Shown here: positions 10,621-20,283 of the stretch, piece by piece
Numbering within the stretch: the stretch's first letter is position 1
Layout: every line of letters starts with the position of its first letter
Assembly (NCBI GenBank): GCA_964612105.1
Contig: CAZTEU010000001.1
Coordinates: 4,047-68,046, forward strand
Direction of reading: 5' to 3'
DNA from: an uncultured Gammaproteobacteria bacterium
Lineage (GTDB): Bacteria; Patescibacteriota; Patescibacteriia; Magasanikbacterales; UBA922
DNA: 64,000 bases
Position numbers and translations under genes: made by a program
The notes under the pieces: generated by a model
What the model was told of the DNA's origin: nothing
The model's database searches: none
What the model saw: the letters and a program-made list of their open reading frames with translations, nothing else

Positions 10621-10630
10621 AATTGTATAT

Positions 10631-11074
10631 TTATGATATACCCTCTATTTTGAATTTCCTACTTTCTTTGTCAGAGTATTCGATGTGTATACGTATTACA
10701 TTTCTATTTGTTAACAGGCTACTTGGTACTTTTTCTGGCCACTCAATCAAGGTGATAGTATTCAATTTCCCAATATAATCTTCTATACCAACGTCAATTA
10801 ACTCTTTCTCTTCCTTTAATCTATATGTATCTATGTGTACTAGCCTCTCAACGCCCTTATTTTGGCCTGTAAGCTCGTATAACTGCATAATAGCAAACGT
10901 AGGACTTGTAATGTTTTCCTCAACCCCCAGAGCCTTTGCGAGCCCTTTAACAAAGGTTGTTTTTCCAGCTCCAAGTTCTCCATAAAGTAGAACAATATCA
11001 CCACCGTTTAGCTTATTTGCTACATCAGATGCAATTTCTGTCGTTGACTTTATAGAATTAGAAGTAATTTCCAT
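10631..11074 (-). CDS. tsaE: tRNA t6A37 biosynthesis ATPase TsaE
   Basis: GELGAGKTT, SPTF, HIDTYR, IEW. Confidence 0.95.
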   Translation of the reverse strand: MEITSNSIKSTTEIASDVANKLNGGDIVLLYGELGAGKTTFVKGLAKALGVEENITSPTFAIMQLYELTGQNKGVERLVHIDTYRLKEEKELIDVGIEDYIGKLNTITLIEWPEKVPSSLLTNRNVIRIHIEYSDKESRKFKIEGIS

Positions 11075-11076
11075 AA

Positions 11077-12348
11077 TTAGTTAGGAAGAGGAAAGCTTTT
11101 GCTCATATCCTTTACTTCTTGATGTATTACTTCCAATTCCGAATCATTGTCTATATTATTTAATGCTCGGTCGATAAGACCTGCAATTACACGCATCTCA
11201 TCCTCTTTCATACCACGAGTTGTTAATGCAGGTGTTCCCATGCGTATCCCAGATGGGTCGAATGGTTTACGAGGATCAAAAGGAACAGTATTCTTATTTA
11301 CAGTAATTCCAGCTTTACCAAGCGCTTTTTCTCCCTGTTGTCCGGAAATGTTCTTGTTGTTTAGGTCTATAAGAAGAAGATGATTATCTGTTCCACCTGT
11401 CACAAGTTCGTAGCCTTTTTGTACAAGCTCTTGCTCCAGTGTTTTTGCATTTTTAATAATCTGACTTGCATATTCTTTAAACCCTGGTTGCATTGCTTCC
11501 TTTAGTGCAACAGCGATTGCAGCGGTCTGATGATTGTGTGGTCCACCTTGTAATCCAGGGATGATTGCCCTGTCAATTAGACTTGGGATATTTTCCTTTG
11601 TCTTTTCTACCTTTTTTAGAGGTGTTGATGGGTTTCCATTTGACATAATAAGGGCACCACGAGGACCACGTAGTGTTTTATGTGTAGTTGTAGTTATAAC
11701 ATCTGCAATTCCAGCAGGAGATGGATGAACACCTCCAACAATTAGTCCTGCGATGTGACTTATATCTGCAAGTAGATAAGCACCTACCTCATCTGCAATT
11801 TCCTTATACACTTCCCATTCGTAGATTCTAGGGTATGCTGTAGCACCTACAACAATAAGTTTTGGTTTATGCTCTTGTGCAAGCTTACGCATACCATCCA
11901 CATCAATATAGCCATCCTTACGTGCTGTGTATTGTACGCTTTTATAAACTGTTCCAGAAAAATTCACCTTCAATCCGTGGGTCATATGTCCACCATGGTA
12001 TAACTTTAGGCCCATAACTGTATCTCCTGGCTCCATGAGAGCATAATAAACAGCCATATTAGCAGGTGAACCAGAGTAAGCCTGCACATTAGCGTGTGTC
12101 ACACCAAAAAGCTCTTTTGCACGGTCACGTGCAAGATTTTCTACAACATCTACATTTTCGCATCCCCCATAATACCGTATTCCAGGGTATCCTTCTGAAT
12201 ATTTGTCTGTCAGTCTAGACCCTAGTGCTTCTAGAACAGCACCAGATGTGTGGTTTTCTGATGGTATCATCTCCAAGCCCTCAGCTTGTCGCAAGGCCTC
12301 TTTCTCTATTAGGTTGTAGATATCTGGATCTGATTGTTTTAGATTCAT
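11077..12348 (-). CDS. glyA: Serine hydroxymethyltransferase
   Basis: PSEN, KYSEGYPG.RYYGG, TTTHKTLRGPRG. Confidence 0.97.
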   Translation of the reverse strand: MNLKQSDPDIYNLIEKEALRQAEGLEMIPSENHTSGAVLEALGSRLTDKYSEGYPGIRYYGGCENVDVVENLARDRAKELFGVTHANVQAYSGSPANMAVYYALMEPGDTVMGLKLYHGGHMTHGLKVNFSGTVYKSVQYTARKDGYIDVDGMRKLAQEHKPKLIVVGATAYPRIYEWEVYKEIADEVGAYLLADISHIAGLIVGGVHPSPAGIADVITTTTHKTLRGPRGALIMSNGNPSTPLKKVEKTKENIPSLIDRAIIPGLQGGPHNHQTAAIAVALKEAMQPGFKEYASQIIKNAKTLEQELVQKGYELVTGGTDNHLLLIDLNNKNISGQQGEKALGKAGITVNKNTVPFDPRKPFDPSGIRMGTPALTTRGMKEDEMRVIAGLIDRALNNIDNDSELEVIHQEVKDMSKSFPLPN

Positions 12349-12433
12349 AAAATATTAACTTTATTTGATGTATTTTAGTTGTGGTATAAATAGGATAGCA
12401 AAGTATTTGTGCTACATCAACAGTGAGTGGAAA

Positions 12434-14104
12434 TTACATCTCTTTTATTACATAAGTGCCCATTTTTTTGTAGCCAAATTTCTTATAATAATCACGTACT
12501 CCAACCCCGGATATTACAGCAAGTTTATTATATTCATTTTCCTTTGTAATCTTTTCTGCAGCCTCTATAAGCTTCTTCCCAAGCCCTTTATGTTGTGAAG
12601 CTAACTCACTACGATCTCCAACTCTTACTAAAGTTCCATAAACATGGAGTTCCCTAATAAATGCAACACCCTTAATTTCTGGAATTAGGTCAAATAGTTC
12701 TTGTGAGTATGTGCTGTCCGGTATTCTAAGCCTTAGAAAGCCATAAACAGCCCTGCGGTTCTTGTCCTCAAAACTAAGGAAATATTCCTCACCTCCATCT
12801 GTTTCATATCTATCCACAAATAGAACCGGTTCACTAGTAATGTCTATATTTTTTTCCTGTCTTCCAATTTCCCTACAACGCAGACAAAGACAGCGTTTTC
12901 CATCTCTTTCTAACTCTTTAGATAGTTCCTCACGTAAGTTTGTGATTGAGTTTCCAGCATAGATTTCATTTGTTGGTATATCACGTATTAAACGAGATAT
13001 TCTACAGTATCTTGGAGTTAGTAATTTCATTTCTATAAGAGCCTTAAATAGCTCCTTCTCATCGTATGGTTTATATTTTCCATCTTTCCACCATTGGTAT
13101 AATTCTGCTGATTCCAGCACAGTGTTAGGGTATATCTTAATCATATCCGGCTTTAATCCTGGGTCTTCGAAGATGGTTTTATACATCTCGATATCATGTT
13201 TTGGTGTACTTCCTGGAAGATCTGGCATAAAGTGTAAATCAACCTTAAAACCAGCATTACGCAGTAAGCGCATTGCTCTTTTAAACTCCCGTACTGTATG
13301 TCCTCGTTTTACTAATTTTAATATTTCATCATCTGGAGCTTGTAAGCCTAATTCTATTCTAGTACACCCCTGCTGACGCATGTGGTAAATTGTTTTTGGA
13401 GAGATGGAATCTGGACGTGTTTCTAAAGTAATTCCAATTATTCTGTATCTAGCAGTTTCATTTTTTGTCTGCTCCTTTTCAACAATTTCTTTAAGCTCTT
13501 CTAAAGATTTATTAACAAAATCTTCTTCACAACTTTCTCCAATTGGTATTTCTTGAGATAAATCATTGCACGCTTTAAATGATTCATATATAAACCAGTA
13601 TTGATATTTTATTGGATATGCATTCCACGTTCCACCTTTAACTATAAATTCAATCTTATCTGCCTCATGACCATTCCTTTCTAACATCTTAATTCTCCTT
13701 TGCATCTGTTGATATGGAGAAAAATCAAGCCCTAGAGCTCTTGCTGCTGCAGGCTCGCTTGCAAGATAACTTTTTGGCATCCTTGCCTCTGTGGGGCAGT
13801 AAACACACTGACCCGGACAGTCATATGGTTTTACTAGGGAAGTAATAATAGATACTCCAGATAGACTTCTAATTGATGATTTTTTAAGAAAACTCTCAAA
13901 CAGCTCATTCTTTACTATCCTTTTCTTTTTGAGTAAACTCTGGTAGGCTGAAATAAACTCACGATTAGCCGGGCGTTGCATCTTTCTCTTACCGCAAGAA
14001 CGTCTCGCTACACTATTAAAATCATTACGAGTCTTCGGATTCGTTTCTATAACCTCTAGAAGTATATCTTCTAAGGTTTCTAAATTTGTTGTGTTTTCAA
14101 ACAT
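12434..14104 (-). CDS. elp3: Elp3-type tRNA uridine(34) carboxymethyltransferase (radical SAM + GNAT)
   Basis: CPGQCVYCP, GGTW, ETRPD, ELGLQ, RCREI, RELHVYG, QHKGLG, ISGVGVRDYY; start taken at ATG 14104. Confidence 0.92.
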   Translation of the reverse strand: MFENTTNLETLEDILLEVIETNPKTRNDFNSVARRSCGKRKMQRPANREFISAYQSLLKKKRIVKNELFESFLKKSSIRSLSGVSIITSLVKPYDCPGQCVYCPTEARMPKSYLASEPAAARALGLDFSPYQQMQRRIKMLERNGHEADKIEFIVKGGTWNAYPIKYQYWFIYESFKACNDLSQEIPIGESCEEDFVNKSLEELKEIVEKEQTKNETARYRIIGITLETRPDSISPKTIYHMRQQGCTRIELGLQAPDDEILKLVKRGHTVREFKRAMRLLRNAGFKVDLHFMPDLPGSTPKHDIEMYKTIFEDPGLKPDMIKIYPNTVLESAELYQWWKDGKYKPYDEKELFKALIEMKLLTPRYCRISRLIRDIPTNEIYAGNSITNLREELSKELERDGKRCLCLRCREIGRQEKNIDITSEPVLFVDRYETDGGEEYFLSFEDKNRRAVYGFLRLRIPDSTYSQELFDLIPEIKGVAFIRELHVYGTLVRVGDRSELASQHKGLGKKLIEAAEKITKENEYNKLAVISGVGVRDYYKKFGYKKMGTYVIKEM

Positions 14105-14801
14105 GGATAAAGATAATGTAAAACAACTTATACAAATGAATCGCACCACATACAATGACATTGCGGATCAGTTTTCTGGTACACGTGATTATCTGTGGGA
14201 TGATTTGCAGGAATTGAGTAAGTTCATTGTACCAAACTCGCGTGTTTTAGACATAGGGTGTGGTAACGGGAGATTATACCAGCTTGCTGAGAAAAATCAA
14301 GCTAAGTTTGTTGGTGTTGATCAAAGTGAAAAACTGATTGAGTTTGCAATAGAAAAGTTCCCAAAAGCCGAATTTGTGGTATCAGAAATGAATTTTCTAC
14401 CATTTAAAGATAATTCTTTTGATTTAATACTTGCTATTGCTTCACTTCATCATATTCCTTCAGAAGAAATGAGACAAAAAGCACTTGAGGAAATGAAGCG
14501 TGTTATAACAAAAAAAGGTACAATAATACTCTTAAATTGGAATATGTTCGGGGATTGGGTACAGAACAAAGTGCAGAAAGGGGACTATAATGAGTTTGAA
14601 CCTGGAGAGTTTATAGTTCCATGGAGAGATGGATCCAAGAAAAACTATGGAGATAGGTATTACCATGGATTTACTCCGGAAGAAATAGAAAAACTTTGCA
14701 AAAAAGTAGGACTTACTATACAAGAGCAATATTTCACAAAAAGAGGGGAGAGGTCTGAGGGTAGAGATGGCGATAATATAATTTCTATTGTCCAGAAATA
14801 A
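14103..14801 (+). CDS. Class I SAM methyltransferase, Trm9/ALKBH8-like
   Basis: YNDIADQFSGTR, LDIGCGNG, IASLHHI, RYYHGF resemble Trm9 conserved blocks; start uncertain (14103 or 14136). Confidence 0.75.
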   Translation: MDKDNVKQLIQMNRTTYNDIADQFSGTRDYLWDDLQELSKFIVPNSRVLDIGCGNGRLYQLAEKNQAKFVGVDQSEKLIEFAIEKFPKAEFVVSEMNFLPFKDNSFDLILAIASLHHIPSEEMRQKALEEMKRVITKKGTIILLNWNMFGDWVQNKVQKGDYNEFEPGEFIVPWRDGSKKNYGDRYYHGFTPEEIEKLCKKVGLTIQEQYFTKRGERSEGRDGDNIISIVQK

Positions 14802-15666
14802 CACACGCAACAGGACCATTGCACTTCCAACCGCTCTTAGTAGCCTTCATTATTCCAGCAATCCCAAGAGCACTGTTAGTAGAAATAGAAAGTTTTGTTG
14901 TTTCTCTTACAAGTTTTTGGGCTTTTCTTATTTCTTCATCATTTATTACCCAACCAGCACCACTGGTATTTTTTATTAGTCCAACAAGTGAGCTTTTCCT
15001 GTGTGCAACATTGTCTACAATTGCACCAGCAAGAGATTTGTCTGTTTTTTCAAAATTATTATCAAACTCTTCAGCAATAGGGTGACTTGCTGTGGTTTGT
15101 GCAATATGAATTTGAATTGGTTTTTCTAGGTCTACAAATGTCTTTGCAATTGCTTCAGCAGAAGTTCCTGATGATGTGGGAATAAATACAGCACATAGGT
15201 TAGGTATTTTTACTAACTCTTGTGCAAGTGGAATATATCCCTCTAAAGCAATATTATCAGTAGATTGTCGTAAAGACTTTGCAGAACCATCTTTATCTAT
15301 CTGAAACGCCATTTGTTTGGGCTTCTCGACCTGCTCTATAGTTATAGCATCTGTCTCTTTGGATTCTTTTAACTTCATCAACTTCCTATCCTCAATTTTA
15401 TTACCAACAAAAACCCTGAGTGTAATTCTCTTGTCTGGATTGTTTTTATTATGCTGTTCTGTTGCCATTATTCCAGCTAATCCAGCATTTCCAGACGAGG
15501 AAATAACAAAGTCACGTATACCCCCTTTAACATAATTCTTAATCATGAATGGTATAGATCTACCTTTGTGAGATTTAAACTTATGCAGGTCTTCTCTCTT
15601 GAGATATATTTCTGATAGCCCAAGTGCTTTTGCAAGTTGTGGATATGATTGTTGTGGGGTTTTCAT
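14785..15666 (-). CDS. PLP-dependent fold-type II enzyme (threonine synthase/cysteine synthase-like)
   Basis: LKRED...SHKGR (PLP Lys), SSSGNAG, PTSSGT. Confidence 0.75.
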   Translation of the reverse strand: MKTPQQSYPQLAKALGLSEIYLKREDLHKFKSHKGRSIPFMIKNYVKGGIRDFVISSSGNAGLAGIMATEQHNKNNPDKRITLRVFVGNKIEDRKLMKLKESKETDAITIEQVEKPKQMAFQIDKDGSAKSLRQSTDNIALEGYIPLAQELVKIPNLCAVFIPTSSGTSAEAIAKTFVDLEKPIQIHIAQTTASHPIAEEFDNNFEKTDKSLAGAIVDNVAHRKSSLVGLIKNTSGAGWVINDEEIRKAQKLVRETTKLSISTNSALGIAGIMKATKSGWKCNGPVACVISGQ

Positions 15667-15709
15667 AGGTAGTTGAAAGTTTTCTCATCTTAGTATACAC
15701 TGTATCTGT

Positions 15710-15874
15710 ATGAAACTTATTTGTCCAGAATGCAAAAATGATGTTGACCTATCACAGCACCCAGATTTAAAGGCAGAACAAGTAATTGAATGTCAGATGT
15801 GCGGAATAACCCTAGGTGTTACAAACATTAATGGAGATAATGTAGAGGTCGAAATCGTAGACGAGGGAAAATAA
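15710..15874 (+). CDS. 54-aa zinc-ribbon protein, LysW-like (not in ORF track)
   Basis: Translates MKLICPECKNDVDLSQHPDLKAEQVIECQMCGITLGVTNINGDNVEVEIVDEGK; CPEC...CQMCG pattern; hairpin terminator at about 15897-15923. Confidence 0.8.
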   Translation: MKLICPECKNDVDLSQHPDLKAEQVIECQMCGITLGVTNINGDNVEVEIVDEGK

Positions 15875-15933
15875 TCTATACCCTCAGACTTTCCATAAAA
15901 GCCGAAAACTCTTCCGGCTTTTTGTATTTCTTA

Positions 15934-17319
15934 TTAAGAAAGCTTATCCACAACCTGCTCAATCATATTCCTAAAGCTGTGAGAACCAAGGAAAACAACA
16001 ACATCTCCATCTTTTGTTGACTCTCTAATATATTTTACCAATTCTTCATCGCCATCAATATATTTTACATTTTTCTGAGTTTTAGAAATTATATCAGCTA
16101 GTTGCTCCCCATTCATTGGCTTATCAGAATCATTTGGGTCTACTTTTAATTTAGTAAGACGTGGGATTATTACTTCATCTGCATTTATAAATGCATCTGC
16201 ATACCCCTCTTCACTCTGAGATCTACGATTGCCTGTATTAGGCTCAAAGACAGCAACTACTCTTCCTTTATAAAGATTTTTTAAGGTTTTTAGTACTGCA
16301 GTAGCTTTGCTTGGTGAGTGTGCTATATCATCATACACATCAACAACACCTAAGCTTCTTTTCTGTAAACGACGCTTCATTCCTTTGAAAGTATTAATTG
16401 TGGATATAATATTTTCAGGTTTCATGCCAATCGTTATTGCCATTGCAAAGCACCCTGTAATATTATCTGCATTATATTCACCAATTATTGGAGATTCTAT
16501 ATTATATGTACTACCATTATTTATAATCTTAAAAGATAGTTTTTCTTTAGTCTGGACAACGTCTGTGTATTGGAAATCATTATCTTTCTCTTTTCCATAT
16601 GAAATATATGATCCAGATATTTTATCTCCAATTACAGATAGAGCTTTTTCTGAGATTACCATTACACCATCCTCATTTATTGAGTTTGCAAGTCCTATAA
16701 ATGCTTCTATGTATTTTTCTTCTGTTGGATATACATCTGCATGATCCCACACGATAGATGTAAGTAATAGATGAGAAGGGGAGTAGTGTGCAAATTTTGG
16801 ACTATTGTCCCACCTAGATGTTTTGTATTCATCTCCCTCAACAACGCTCCACTGTGAATCTTCTTGTATATTAGCTGGAGCAAGATCATTTATGCTTATT
16901 CCACCAAACATGTGATTAATCTTCTCGTTATTCTGAGTAAGAATCCATGTCATTAGAGTAGAGGTTGTAGATTTTCCATAAGTACCTGCACATACTATTG
17001 ATTTTTCTTTTATAAGAAACTCTGCAACAACCTCCGGATATGACTTGTACGGAATATTGTTTTCTTTTATATATAACAACTCTGGGTTTTTTGACCCTGC
17101 TACATTTCCTACAACTACTAAATCCGGTACACTTTCTGCTGTCATTTTTTCTGGATGCCAACCTGGATAGAAATTAATTCCAGCCTCTCTAAGATTATCC
17201 GAAACAGGAGGATAGAAACCTTTATCACTACCTGTCACTTTGTATCCCAACTTCTGGAATGCAATAGCAAGGGCACTCATTGCAACCCCGCATATTCCTA
17301 TGAAATGAATATGTTTCAT
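15934..17319 (-). CDS. mpl: Mur ligase, Mpl-like (UDP-MurNAc:peptide ligase)
   Basis: IHFIGICG, GSD...YPP.S, GTYGKSTT, EGDEY, DHADVY, DDIAHSP, AVFEP. Confidence 0.8.
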   Translation of the reverse strand: MKHIHFIGICGVAMSALAIAFQKLGYKVTGSDKGFYPPVSDNLREAGINFYPGWHPEKMTAESVPDLVVVGNVAGSKNPELLYIKENNIPYKSYPEVVAEFLIKEKSIVCAGTYGKSTTSTLMTWILTQNNEKINHMFGGISINDLAPANIQEDSQWSVVEGDEYKTSRWDNSPKFAHYSPSHLLLTSIVWDHADVYPTEEKYIEAFIGLANSINEDGVMVISEKALSVIGDKISGSYISYGKEKDNDFQYTDVVQTKEKLSFKIINNGSTYNIESPIIGEYNADNITGCFAMAITIGMKPENIISTINTFKGMKRRLQKRSLGVVDVYDDIAHSPSKATAVLKTLKNLYKGRVVAVFEPNTGNRRSQSEEGYADAFINADEVIIPRLTKLKVDPNDSDKPMNGEQLADIISKTQKNVKYIDGDEELVKYIRESTKDGDVVVFLGSHSFRNMIEQVVDKLS

Positions 17320-17963
17320 AGCTGTGCCTTTAGTTTGTCTAAATCTGTTTGCCAGTTTTCTCCATCAAACCATTCCAACCCCTTAAACTGCAATTTATAA
17401 GTATCTGTTGGTCTTTGGAATGAGCCTAAATAAATATATTCCTTACCTTTCTCCTTTGCATACTCAATTGCTTTTACCATCATGCTCATTCCAATATTTT
17501 TATTTTCATAATTGAGGTTGTAAAAAGGGTAGGAATAGTGGATTATTTTATCTGTTTCTTTTGCAATAGAATAACCTTGTGTTTTTTTGTCTGAAAAAAT
17601 AAATAGAAGATTGAAGTTATGTTCACCCTCTAGTAGTTCTTTCATTTTATTTGCGCTAAAAGTTCCCTCACCAAACTTTGTTTCGTAAAAATCTTTTCCT
17701 AGTTTTCCTATCTCCCAAGAATAATTGCTGTATGGAAGCGGGGAAATGGACATAGAAATCTCTTCTGTTTTTCTTAGCACCCTTTTATTCTCAGAAGAAA
17801 GTTCAAACTTATTCAAATCAACACGCACGCTCCTTGTTTGGTCCATTGCACCTTTGCTTTTGCGTGTAAAAACACAACCCTCGTTATATAGAGAGTTTAT
17901 ATTTTCATAAGAAAAATCAGTAATAATTTTTTCTTCATCATTGAAACGAAAGTAATCTGCCAT
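17316..17963 (-). CDS. Aminoacyl-tRNA transferase-like protein (ATE1/Bpt family GNAT fold)
   Basis: RSVRVDLNKF..S...KRVLRK and YPFYN......IG....AIEYAK..GKEYIYLG resemble ATE N/C domains. Confidence 0.7.
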   Translation of the reverse strand: MADYFRFNDEEKIITDFSYENINSLYNEGCVFTRKSKGAMDQTRSVRVDLNKFELSSENKRVLRKTEEISMSISPLPYSNYSWEIGKLGKDFYETKFGEGTFSANKMKELLEGEHNFNLLFIFSDKKTQGYSIAKETDKIIHYSYPFYNLNYENKNIGMSMMVKAIEYAKEKGKEYIYLGSFQRPTDTYKLQFKGLEWFDGENWQTDLDKLKAQL

Positions 17964-17969
17964 AAGAGA

Positions 17970-19100
17970 TTAGTATAGGGCTATCCAGATACCCAGTAAA
18001 ACTGCACCTGCGTGGATAATCCAAAAACGCATAACGGTTTTTTCTTCACTCCATCCACGAAGTTCAAAATGGTGGTGAATTGGAGCCATCTTAAATATTC
18101 TTCTTCCTAACAGATACCTACCAGCAAGTTGTATGATTACAGACAATAGCTCTACGTAGAAAATAAAACCAAGGAGGGGTAATAGTAACATCTTGTTTAT
18201 AACAATTGCATTTATTGCTAAAAGAGCTCCTAAACCAAGAGAACCAACATCTCCCATCTGGAAACGTGCAGGTTTTACATTAAAATATGTGTAAGTAAGC
18301 AACGCACCTGCTGTAGTAGAGTTTAGTACGGCTAGTTCCTGATAACCAAACAACCAACTAAGGAGAGTAAGTGCAGAGAAGGTTGTTATAAGAGCTCCAC
18401 CTGCAAGTCCATCCATACCGTCTGCAACGTTAACAGCATTTGCAGTAAACATAACAAACAGGATAATGAGAGGAATAATCCACCACCCTATATTTACAAA
18501 TCCATCGAAAGGAATATATATCTCACGCCAATGCTCTCCCAGCTTAAAATACACCCACCAAGCTGTAATAGCTCCGGCAACAAACTGCAATAATAGTTTT
18601 TCGTGCACATGTACTCCTTTTCCTGGGTGGGAACCCAACCAAAGAGATGTGCGCTTAAAGACAGACCATGGGAAGGTTATAACAAGCCAAACTCTCTGTT
18701 TCCAGTCCTTATGTACTTTAATTAGTTTAATTACCTGAGATACTTTCCTGTTTCTTCGTCTGTGACCGTAAATATGCAATATATCATCTAATCCTCCCAA
18801 GAGTGATGCTAACAGCATTACCCCGATAGGTACCCATGTAAAACTACGATCCCAATTGAATAGATATGTAATAACTGTCACAGTAACAATAACTAGAAGA
18901 CCTCCCATTATTGGAATTCCATGCTTATGAGAGCGTCCTTTTATAGATAGTGTGGGGTCAAACTCACTTCTACGTGTTATTTTATACCTATATAATATTT
19001 TGATAAGAAGAGGAGCCCACACGAAGGCAACAACACACGAAACAAGACCATATGTAATGGTCGTTAGAAGTGTATCTATTTGTGGGAGGAATTGCTCCAT
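17970..19100 (-). CDS. mraY: MraY-family phospho-MurNAc-pentapeptide transferase
   Basis: PIMGG, LDD, NAVNVADGMDGL, MGDVGS, MAPIHHHFEL; start at ATG 19100. Confidence 0.85.
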   Translation of the reverse strand: MEQFLPQIDTLLTTITYGLVSCVVAFVWAPLLIKILYRYKITRRSEFDPTLSIKGRSHKHGIPIMGGLLVIVTVTVITYLFNWDRSFTWVPIGVMLLASLLGGLDDILHIYGHRRRNRKVSQVIKLIKVHKDWKQRVWLVITFPWSVFKRTSLWLGSHPGKGVHVHEKLLLQFVAGAITAWWVYFKLGEHWREIYIPFDGFVNIGWWIIPLIILFVMFTANAVNVADGMDGLAGGALITTFSALTLLSWLFGYQELAVLNSTTAGALLTYTYFNVKPARFQMGDVGSLGLGALLAINAIVINKMLLLPLLGFIFYVELLSVIIQLAGRYLLGRRIFKMAPIHHHFELRGWSEEKTVMRFWIIHAGAVLLGIWIALY

Positions 19101-19175
19101 AAACAGAGAGAATATAGCAGAAATTGGCGAAAAAAGCAAGAAATGTGGAAATATTTGTTACTTACAGAAAATCGC

Positions 19176-19204
19176 TTGACTTTTGTATTTTAATAGTATA
19201 TAAT
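19176..19204 (+). promoter_or_regulatory. Sigma70 promoter TTGACT-17-TATAAT
   Basis: Near-consensus boxes upstream of the GC-rich ORF. Confidence 0.7.
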
Positions 19205-19326
19205 CCCGCTCGTTCAAATAGGGGGGTGAACACTCGCCCTTTTCATATGCCTTAGTCCTGTAGAAGACAGGGCAAAGGCTTCACCCAGCACTCCACAAAG
19301 TGCTTTGACTAGAGGAAAAATACAGG

Positions 19327-20283
19327 ATGACTACCACCCAGCAAAGGTTTGAGTTCGGAAATGGAATTCAAGCAGACGTGCTCGCAAACGCACTCAGAGG
19401 CTCATCAGCGATGCTACTCGCAAGAAGCGGGGACACTATCGGAGCGCATGCAATCCATCGTCCAGACGGAGCAGGTCTGCAAGACCCGCCGTCGGACATC
19501 GAAGACTCCGTGCTCTTCTCCACCGGCCTGAGGTTCGTCCCGGGAGGAATCTCCCTCATCGGCTTCACGCCAACTGGCACAAACGGATTCGAAGCATGTC
19601 TCGACGCATTCGACGGCGAGCTCATCCGTCAGTTCGGGGACACGGAGGACACCATCCTCCAGCACTTCTTCACGGCGCCCACAAGGCTGATCACACGACG
19701 ACAGATTCGCGCCTATGCCACGGTTGATGGTAGCCGGAAGCAGATCTTCAAGAACGAGCGCATCACCTGTGGTGATATCGAGCAACAAGATGATGATCTG
19801 AATGCCGCATGCATCGCAATCAGCGACGGACGCAGTCGTCACCGCCTCCTGAAGGTCAATCCCATTACGGGACGAACCATCGAGGCTGCCGGCTTCGCCA
19901 GTGCGATCAAGCACGTCAAGATCAGCCCGAACGGGTTCGTCTACGTGACGCTCACAGACGGAACACTGCGAATCTGCGGTTTCTACCGCAATCGCGTTGA
20001 TTTCAACCGAGTCGGCTCGATTCACCACGTGCGCAAGGTCGTGTTGCTCAAGGGACAGCAACTCGCCATTCTGGGCTCTGGTCGCCATCTCCTCCGAATC
20101 CTGAGCTACGGCTCTCACATCAAGAGGATCTCACTCGAAATCCCGGGATGCATGTCTGAGGAAAACACTGTGGCTCTCGGCTTCAGCGGATGTCATCCGG
20201 TCATCGTCGATCGGTCCACCGGTGTGACAGCGTTCCTCCCGCCGATCTCGGACATCGTTCCTCTCAACTGTCATTCGAACTGA
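19327..20283 (+). CDS. GC-rich orphan hypothetical protein (possibly beta-propeller-like)
   Basis: 318-aa ORF with own promoter, GAGG upstream, atypical codon usage. Confidence 0.65.
   Translation: MTTTQQRFEFGNGIQADVLANALRGSSAMLLARSGDTIGAHAIHRPDGAGLQDPPSDIEDSVLFSTGLRFVPGGISLIGFTPTGTNGFEACLDAFDGELIRQFGDTEDTILQHFFTAPTRLITRRQIRAYATVDGSRKQIFKNERITCGDIEQQDDDLNAACIAISDGRSRHRLLKVNPITGRTIEAAGFASAIKHVKISPNGFVYVTLTDGTLRICGFYRNRVDFNRVGSIHHVRKVVLLKGQQLAILGSGRHLLRILSYGSHIKRISLEIPGCMSEENTVALGFSGCHPVIVDRSTGVTAFLPPISDIVPLNCHSN

Noticed and set aside
19414-20118. 234-aa minus-strand ORF in GC-rich islet
   Set aside because: Antisense to 19327-20283, which has the promoter and SD-like site; expected in high-GC sequence.
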